The notes under the pieces are model-generated. The model did no database searches. It worked only from the letters and a program-made list of their open reading frames with translations, and was not told the origin of the DNA. A DNA stretch of 64,000 nucleotides, taken from NCBI GenBank assembly GCA_030141605.1, contig JAQGDQ010000004.1, forward strand, positions 806,001 through 870,000, given 5' to 3'. Positions 56,401-64,000 of the stretch are shown here, piece after piece (within the stretch, counting starts at the first letter, position 1; every line of letters starts with the position of its first letter). Position numbers and translations under genes: made by a program. This stretch comes from Tubiluchus corallicola. Its lineage: Eukaryota > Animalia > Priapulida.

Positions 56401-59400
56401 CTTTTTTACTATTACTATATGTACGTATTTACATGTTTACACATTTACATAAGAATATTTATATGCTTCATTTCAAATAAAAATAAATTTTATTTTAGAT
56501 ATTTAGTCTAAAAAAATTTAATAATTTTTATGCAGTTTCAGCAAAGAAGATCAACAATTTCGTCATTGAAATAGTTCCTGTTTTACTTTCGTGCTCTCTC
56601 TGTTGTGCAAATTTAAACATTTACAAAGCAGCCACAGATTTAGCAGCACAATGCATTTTTGATAATTTTTATACTTATTTTACTTAAAGAAAATGTCACA
56701 AAATATCAAAATAGCTAAACAAATAATCAATTTTTTCATTGTGAAAATATGATCCGAAAACCTACTTCATGACTTATTATGCTGTGTTTGACTATTTTTC
56801 GATGGGTGGTGAGTCATTTTTCATCCACTAAAAACCATTTCCATAGATAATACCTGTAACTTAAATGTTAAACCACCATGCGTCATCTGTATCTGTGATT
56901 CTGTGTGTGTACACGGCAAAGACACTTGATTAATTGCCACGACCATTTTCTCTTTTATTCATCTACTTTGCAAAATTTCTGAAAATTTCTGACAGCGTAA
57001 AAATGGATTTTTATCCACGGCTGTAAATTGCAGCGTGGAGTGTGCTATAGAGCTTCGATACGTTTTCAGAAAATAGTCGGATTTTGTGCTTGATAAGATA
57101 TTAATGAGATTCCAGTTTAGCTTGGCTTTATTTATTGTCCTTAAGTTGCCTATGACATTCAGATGACTTATGTAGGTTTTACGTATTTCTGCAACATTGA
57201 AACATGGTGCTAAAAAGTCTGTCAGTTACACATTGTTATTTGTTATTTCTTGTCTTTGTCTCACTATCTTTTCACTTCTTTTCTCTATTGTACTGCTTTT
57301 CGTTTTTGCATATTTTCTTTCTTATTTTGTATAAGCATTCCTTTTTCTGCTTCTTTTTATTCTAAAGTTGGTCGTCTCGACTCTTATTTTCTGTTTTTTG
57401 TAATCGTGCAGTTAAAGAGATTTTCTGAAACTCATCTTATACTTTTCATACTTGTTGTTGTGACGTGTAGGAGTTGGTTTTACGTACATAATTGTAAAAA
57501 ACACCATAACATTGATGCATTTTTTTGTCCTGTGCTTTGCTAAGTTCTGTTTTCAAGTGGTTGACCCCAATTTGTCAGCACCTTCTGTCTTCAGTTAATT
57601 AGCTGTTAGATTAATTACTGTAAAAACTGACATTTCTCTTCATGTATGTCTTGGCCTTGTATAGCCGTCATAATGGTGCAAAGGCTTGTCAGTCAAATGA
57701 ATCAGCTCTTCCACTTTTCAGTGTATTCAAATGTGGTGATATGTCGCTAGCATCATTGTAGGTGCTCTGATTGATTGTGTACTGCTAGGCTGACATTCGC
57801 ATTCCTACGTAAGAGTTCGTGTTTATGCTGCTGGCCGAGCCAGATTCATGTGATCAACCCTTAAAAGCGGTATTACAAATAATGCCATGTTTCTTTATAG
57901 GAGACTAAAACTCTAGTGAATCATAAAGTTTGCCATATGACCCCGTTCAATACATAAAAGTTGCTTTTATCTTGTCATAACTCCGTCTTTTTAACGAAAC
58001 AAGAGAAAATCGTTTGTACATTGATTTCTAATAACAATTTGCCACTTTCTTTCCCTTGTCAACGATTTTTCTTTTGAGGCTGTTTCAGATTCGCGTTCAA
58101 TAATCAATACTGCTGTCAAAACTATTTGTTTCCTGCTGACGAGCTAAAATTAGACAGCCTTTACGTTGCTTTTAGACAAGTAATGTATGGAACTTCAGTA
58201 GTATTTATGTGCAGATATGATGAAAACACAGTCTTGAAAATGAATGTGGAATGTATCTGTATGCCTGCCTAGCTTTTTTTGCATGGCTCACATTATGCGC
58301 AGATTGATGATTATAATAAATGGTTTAATTGAAAAGTTAAAATCAGAAATAGTAAGCATATCCTGCCAGTGTTATCAAAAATGCCACTAAGTTTTATGAC
58401 TTCAGTGTCCAATAATAGACAAAAGCTATGCAATAAATGCCAAGCTAATTATTTAGCAAAATCTTTTTTCTGTTCTGCGTATTTGATTGATCAAACACAG
58501 TCTGTTGGTTGTTATATTCCAAGTTTTTGTTTAATTGACCAGAACGCCTTCGGTGGATGATTATCTTTGCTGTTCTTACATTGACAAAGCATCAGGCTGA
58601 ATGACATAATTTCGGCACGAATTGGAAAATAATTTCATAAGTTGGTTTGCGCTCTCAAGTTTCCACGGCTGTTGAGAGACGAGCTACATTCAAGCAGCAG
58701 ATAATCGATTTGTTAGATTTGTAAAGTCTGCATAGTGACAGATGCACAAAGGTCTATCTGAGGTTGTCTACTGCAAAGTCGACCATATCGGCTTTATGCT
58801 TATTAAATGTGAGAAATTTATTTAAAGCAGCTGTAGTGTACTGGTGCTGTCTTCTGGTTAACATGTTAAATAGTACAATAGTACTGATTGATCATTTTTT
58901 ATACCGCTACCCAACTTTAGAACTGTCATGGTAAACTGTCATTATATGAAATAGCAAAATTAACTTTTAAATATCGTTAACACCTGCATTTCATCAACTA
59001 AGTCACTGCTATGATCCAGCTGCCTTGATTCAGACACCTTTTCCTCACATCTTACTTCCAGTGCTCAGTGTTCATTACTTTTCTTAAAGCCTTTTTTAAC
59101 CAGGGACATCCACCAATCTAACAAACATTAGCAAAAGATATTATTTGATTTAATTTCAAACTATTTAAAGACTGCACTTTGTATAATTTGGCCAATTGCC
59201 TTAAAATAAATGTTTCGTTTCCTAAATAATGTACAAAATACTTCTTAATAATAGTTACATTTAGCTTATAACACCCTTACGTGTATCTGAAAAGAAAATT
59301 AAAATACACCTTGCTGTATATGTGACAATGACAATGTGAAACAAAAACTGGGCAAATTGTTTTAAGCTTTCAGTTTTGTGTTCACTGCTAGACCAACAAG

Positions 59401-62400
59401 GTTACCCTGACATCATGACTGGATGATGTTGATCCTGTTGAAGAAAAGTTTACTCTGTTGTCCATCTAAGTACATATGGCTATGAGAGTGCAGCAATGAA
59501 AACTAACAAAATTATAATTCTTAATTACTGATGTTTTAATGTATGTCATTGTTGAAAACAATATTGTTTTTTTTTGTTTTTTTAGTATTTTAGCCAATAT
59601 ATGACATTGAGCTGTGGACTAAAATTCTAGTATTATTTTCCTTTAAACAGACTTGAATCTAAGAATGGCAGTTTAAAAGATCATCAATGTGATATTACAG
59701 AGCTATTAAATTGAAAACCAGCTTATTTGCAAAATAATTACAACTGTAATAAAACACTGTACATTAATAAACACAAGAAAAGATTAAATACAGGAATCGA
59801 CTTATGCTATTACATAATAATACAAATACGTAGAACAATTACATAAGTTTACATGTGTCATAAGCAATTTAATAAATCCGTAACAGCATGTTGCAGTGTA
59901 TATAAGTTATTTAAAACTACATTAAAGTAACATTTTGTTAAATGTTAAAACACACATATTTAAACTAAAATTGTTTAAAAAAGTATAATAATTATTATTG
60001 TGATGGTTGATCAGTGGACAATTCAAGAATCATTTCAGTATATACATGAGGTATATACTGTGACAGTGACAGCTTAAAATAGTGACACTATTTTACAGCG
60101 GGTATCCACAAAGTTCACCTTCAGAATTGTGCAGAACTTCATGGAAGTGCTATAAACGTCTACAGCACTTCTCTAACGAAGGACATTAACTGAGGTGACT
60201 GCTGGATTCCTCAGTTGCCAATTGATTTCAGTTTCCTAAAAGCCACAGGCACAGTTAATTCCTGTTTCCACGAATACGTAAAATTGTATGACAGGTCTCT
60301 TAATACATGAAACCATTTTTTTGTTTTCATATTGATTGGTGTAGCAATGTAATCTGGGGGTGACTGTTAGATGTTAGATGTTACATGTTAGATGTTACGT
60401 TTTTGTTAGATGCTTAAGAGATATTGTTAAGGCAATTCAAACCATTTGCACATTTAATTATTATGTACATGAGGTGCTGGTGCAATCTAGGCCATGTTAG
60501 CACATTTAAATATTATGTTCTCATATACTTTTTTCTAACCAAATGTTATAAAAGTTTCACCAAAGCTTGGATATATGAACACCGATAACAATGTGCTTTT
60601 GCTACAGCCCTGGGTGGGTTCTAAAAAACCTAGAAAAGCTGATGTTTTTCAGCTGTTCTTACAATTTTTGATATACATTTGTCTTTCTCGTATGCATTTC
60701 TTTAAGGATGAGGTAATTGTTATCCTCATTTTTAACAATATAGGTAGTAGCCTACATTAGTCACTTTAGTAGAATAAAATCATGGTCCTTCTTAATCAAT
60801 AAGAACTTTCAGAGAAATGCCAAATTGAATAATCATGCTGGCTGCCTATGCAAAGAGTCTAGGAAGTTGATTCTATTAGACTTTAATGACTACAACGGAC
60901 ATACACGTGATTTCAGACAAACCCAAATGGACCAGAATTGATATTAGCTACTGGTTTTAATAAATGTTTACAAATACTGTGTTTTTAAAAATGTTGATAT
61001 TTATATAAACTGTTATTTTATTGTATAGCATTTGCCTTGTTTTTTTTAAGTATATTTAGCATTTTCCATTTTGTAAACTAATTATTATTCATGTGTCATT
61101 GTCTTTGCAGGATATTGACAGTTTAATGTCAGAAGGTAACAAGTCACGCACAGTTGCTGCTACTAACATGAATAGTGAAAGTAGCCGATCTCACGCTGTT
61201 TTTAATATCAAAGTTACTCAGACATTAGTCGATCCACAGTCTGGGGTAAGTTACAGTATATTACACCGATAGCCAAATGGATTGAAACTAGGAAACCGAA
61301 ATGAAGTTAAATTTCAATAGAACAAGTCTTTGATTATTGATGAGCTATTATTCTCATCATTTCTAAACAGATTTGCTAATGAACACGAAAATTCCTTTTA
61401 CAAACACAATGGACTCTTATCATATGGCGAAATATGAAGTGATTCATACAATACGTGAATTTAACTCTGAATTCCATAATGAACTTGGTGAAGTTCTAAT
61501 GAAGAAATTAGAACCGAATCACCGAACAAACTACACGACTTTCTTTAAATATAATGCAAATCTGTTATGAGAGACCTGCATACAAAGACTATTAAAAATC
61601 CTGACTTCGTGGTCAGTTTGACACATACAAAGACTAATGAAAATCCTAACTTGTTGGTCACTTTGACCTGATCTTCTGATAACAAAATTTTCGAATTGCC
61701 AATATTTACAATACTTATGCTTCTAGAATGTAGTTATTTATTTCTTCTTTATAAACAATAGACCTCTTTGTGGTTGCCTGTGGGAAAAATTTGATTTTTG
61801 TTATTTAAAAATGTGAGTATTAGTATTTTCCATATAGTTATGTGTTTGTGGTGCAGAGGCTTAGTAACCTTCAAATCGTTTAATGCATATAAATGTTGTA
61901 TTAACCAGCATTTCAAAGCCTAAAACTTTAATTCATTAGAAATAGTTCATGATTTCATCTTCACAATACACTAATGCATTCGTGTTGTCAGCTGTGGTTG
62001 CTTAAATATTAATGGCAATTGGGATGGAACTGTTCGTTCACACTAATTAATATTTGCTGCTTGCGCTTCACTTATTAATTAACGATATCTGTGAGAAATA
62101 TTTGTGTAAAAATCAATCATAATCGCGCGACGAGCTAATCTGCTGTTCAAATTCGTATCACTTCCCGTTTATCTTGTTTAGCTTCTTCTCCTGCAGAACA
62201 TTTGCTCGCATAATCGGGTTTTTAAAGGATTTTAGTCTTCATAAATGCAAATTCCCCCGGCGACATACAGTCAAAGCTTACTAGTGATAGACATCTCAGC
62301 TGTTTGGCTGCTGCCTGTGCACAAATAGTGGATGTTAAGAGGTTATTATTGATCCCTTGTGTGGATGCAATCAGTCAGATACAGCAACTAGCGCAACCTG

Positions 62401-63074
62401 GCGCACACAGAATGAACAGCTAATTTGTGTCATGCTTCATTCTATGCCGACACTTTTTAGTATTCAAATACATATTGCCTAAGCCAATAAATAACACAAA
62501 GAAAAGTAGTGCATGAATAGAAATAACAATAAACACCAAATCAGGTATTTTGGAAGAATTGTTGGCCAATTTGCCTTTTTGCAATGATCCAAATGTTGCT
62601 TTGAATCAAAACCAAGGTTACAAATTGTAAAACAGTGCTTTTATTATTAATTTTAATAGGTTTCGTTTGTACAGTTTTAACTTTTGTACCGTAACTGTTT
62701 CTGTAGGGATTATTATTTTTATCATAATCCTTCTGGTTTGTATCTAGGTAAATTTATCTGAAATTTGACTTCCTTTTTCTGTGCGTGTTCCTGAAATGGA
62801 GCTATTTAAACAAAGGTTTTTGTTTAAAACCTTTAAAACAAATTAACTTGGTGTTAAAAATTTGTTAACCTTGCTAAATTGTTGCTGATAAATATTACAT
62901 TACCTGACAGCACGTGTACATGCAACATTATCATTGGCTGAAGTTCTTTCCTTTCTCCTAGGTATCTGGAGAGAAAGTTAGTAAAGTTAGCTTAGTAGAT
63001 CTTGCTGGTAGTGAACGAGCACAGAAATCTGGTGCAATTGGTGAACGCTTGAAAGAAGGCAGCAACATAAATAA
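30023..63074 (+). CDS. KIF13: Kinesin-3 family KIF13A/B (Khc-73)-like gene, 5' part encoding most of the motor domain; continues beyond the window
   Basis: Exons 30023-30077, 31727-31838, 48940-49019, 49421-49513, 53293-53473, 55537-55624, 61111-61245, 62962-63074, all GT-AG and in phase. Motifs [21 protein letters not shown]-loop [22 protein letters not shown], switch I NSESSRSH, switch [41 protein letters not shown] and [14 protein letters not shown] point to KIF13 rather than KIF1 or KIF16. Confidence 0.93.
31727..31838 (+). CDS. KIF13: KIF13-like exon 2 ([37 protein letters not shown])
   Basis: ttgtttag acceptor, AG|gtatgt donor, phase 1-2. Confidence 0.9.
32004..34125. mobile_element. 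Foldback-like element with modular inverted arms and a nested repeat
   Basis: Left arm (32004-32114) of 15-18 bp modules like TTTGGACACAGGT; right arm (about 33695-34125) of the reverse-complement modules ACCTATGTGTCCAAA. Confidence 0.6.
32197..32775 (+). mobile_element. Interspersed repeat copy B (homologous to 25280-25945)
   Basis: Same collinear blocks as copy A. Confidence 0.75.
43504..43582. repeat. (TA)n microsatellite
   Basis: Directly visible. Confidence 0.97.
46200..46327 (-). mobile_element. tRNA-derived SINE with a Meta-domain-like central region
   Basis: Reverse strand: TAGTGAAATCGG (A box), GAGTTCGGTACC (B box), then ACTTTAAAAATGGTACCTGCTGTTATCCTGCCAGGCG, resembling the conserved MetaSINE core as recalled. 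Confidence 0.65.
47384..47459. repeat. (CT)n microsatellite
   Basis: Directly visible. Confidence 0.95.
48940..49019 (+). CDS. KIF13: KIF13-like exon 3 ([26 protein letters not shown])
   Basis: tatttatag acceptor (alternative cag 3 nt downstream), G|gtgaat donor. Confidence 0.93.
49421..49513 (+). CDS. KIF13: KIF13-like exon 4 ([31 protein letters not shown])
   Basis: 93 nt, phase 1-1, first half of the P-loop. Confidence 0.96.
53293..53473 (+). CDS. KIF13: KIF13-like exon 5 ([10 protein letters not shown]...GIIPRLC...[21 protein letters not shown])
   Basis: 181 nt, tatttcag acceptor, GG|gtaagg donor. Confidence 0.97.
55537..55624 (+). CDS. KIF13: KIF13-like exon 6 ([29 protein letters not shown])
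   Basis: 88 nt, ttttgcag acceptor, CAG|gtaagt donor. Confidence 0.96.
61111..61245 (+). CDS. KIF13: KIF13-like exon 7 ([45 protein letters not shown])
   Basis: 135 nt, phase 0-0, switch I motif. Confidence 0.97.
61579..61667. repeat. 45-bp tandem duplication in a KIF13 intron
   Basis: CATACAAAGACTA.T.AAAATCCT.ACTT..TGGTCA.TTTGAC at 61579 and 61624. Confidence 0.85.
62962..63074 (+). CDS. KIF13: KIF13-like exon 8 ([37 protein letters not shown])
   Basis: 113 nt, ctcctag acceptor, AA|gtaagt donor, switch II motif. Confidence 0.97.
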
Positions 63075-64000
63075 GTAAGTTCTGTAATTAACGCATTGCG
63101 CTTAGCAATATAATTGCTAAGTTCTTATTTTTTGTAGCACCATATTAATACATTTTTGTGTAGAACAGTTACTTTTTAAGTACCCAAGATATGTTTAATT
63201 TGCAATATACATATCTTTTCATCACCTTATTTTCGTCCACTAATGCAAATGTTGACCGTATTTTGCTTAGAATTGTTTTGCGATAAAAAAATATATTGTT
63301 AACAAGACTAATTTTGAACTTCAGTCCTTGGTCATTTTAGGACTTGGCTGTATTTGCTCTTTGTCAGCTGTAAACACTTTCTGTTAAGTCTTCTTTGGCT
63401 GGCATCTAGCGTTGTCATGCCACCAATTGTTTCTTAACCCTTTTCGCTTTAGCCCAGCTTTATGAAAGTGATCTCATATATTGGCAGTGGAGGGTCGTGA
63501 ACAGTATTTGGGACTTTTTTCTCATCTGCCTTTAATGTGCATCTACTTTTGCAACATCAACATGCAGCTACCCCTACTTTGTGTAACATGTACTTTATTT
63601 ACTATGATAAACAAAATTAAGATCTTTCTCGTGTTTCTTGTGTGCCAAGAATGACATTGTGTTAATATATTAGCAAAAGTAGACCTCTGATTATGACAGC
63701 TAAATTGGTCACTTCTTTTCTATTTTTTATTTACACTGTTTTGTTTATTTTTGCAATTGTCTGTAAAATGATGACCAGGCAATTATTAATTTATTATTCT
63801 GTGAATTACAAAGTGGGCAAATTCTGCTTTATCATATTTTTTCATGGAAAAAATTTCTATGCCTTTTAACACTATTAGTGAGCTTAGTGGATATTTAGGT
63901 TTAACAATCTTTTACTGATTGAGTAACTGGCCTGAAAAAATCTAATAAACAGAACATCAAACATGCCTGCAAGGAAATAGTTTGAAAATTTTTTTCCTTA

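Overview
AT-rich, intron-containing animal genomic DNA. It is a protostome, judged from miR-2; the combination of miR-71, CA8 and a Meta-type SINE is compatible with a spiralian/lophotrochozoan (inference). Three spliced protein genes were reconstructed by hand. (1) The last exon of a dual oxidase (Duox, +, 134-259). (2) A complete carbonic anhydrase-related protein VIII-like gene (CA8, -, 7973-935), tail-to-tail with Duox and predicted acatalytic because the zinc ligand His94 is replaced by Gln. (3) The first eight coding exons of a kinesin-3 KIF13-like gene (+, from 30023, running out of the window). The 22 kb between CA8 and KIF13 contains no recognisable full-length protein gene but holds a miR-71/miR-2 microRNA cluster: one miR-71 and four miR-2 hairpins (23667-27190). 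Next to it are a tandem-duplicated, seed-altered miR-71 paralogue with a compensatory substitution, a MITE-like 63-nt hairpin and partial tandem duplications. A candidate three-exon host transcript carries a 75-aa ORF that faintly resembles PPP4R1, the known host of this cluster in other protostomes. Two CTCF-like motifs bracket the locus. The rest is microsatellites, MITEs, tRNA-derived SINEs and degenerate transposon relics. Most ORFs in the supplied track are spurious. All homology calls come from motif recall, not database searches.
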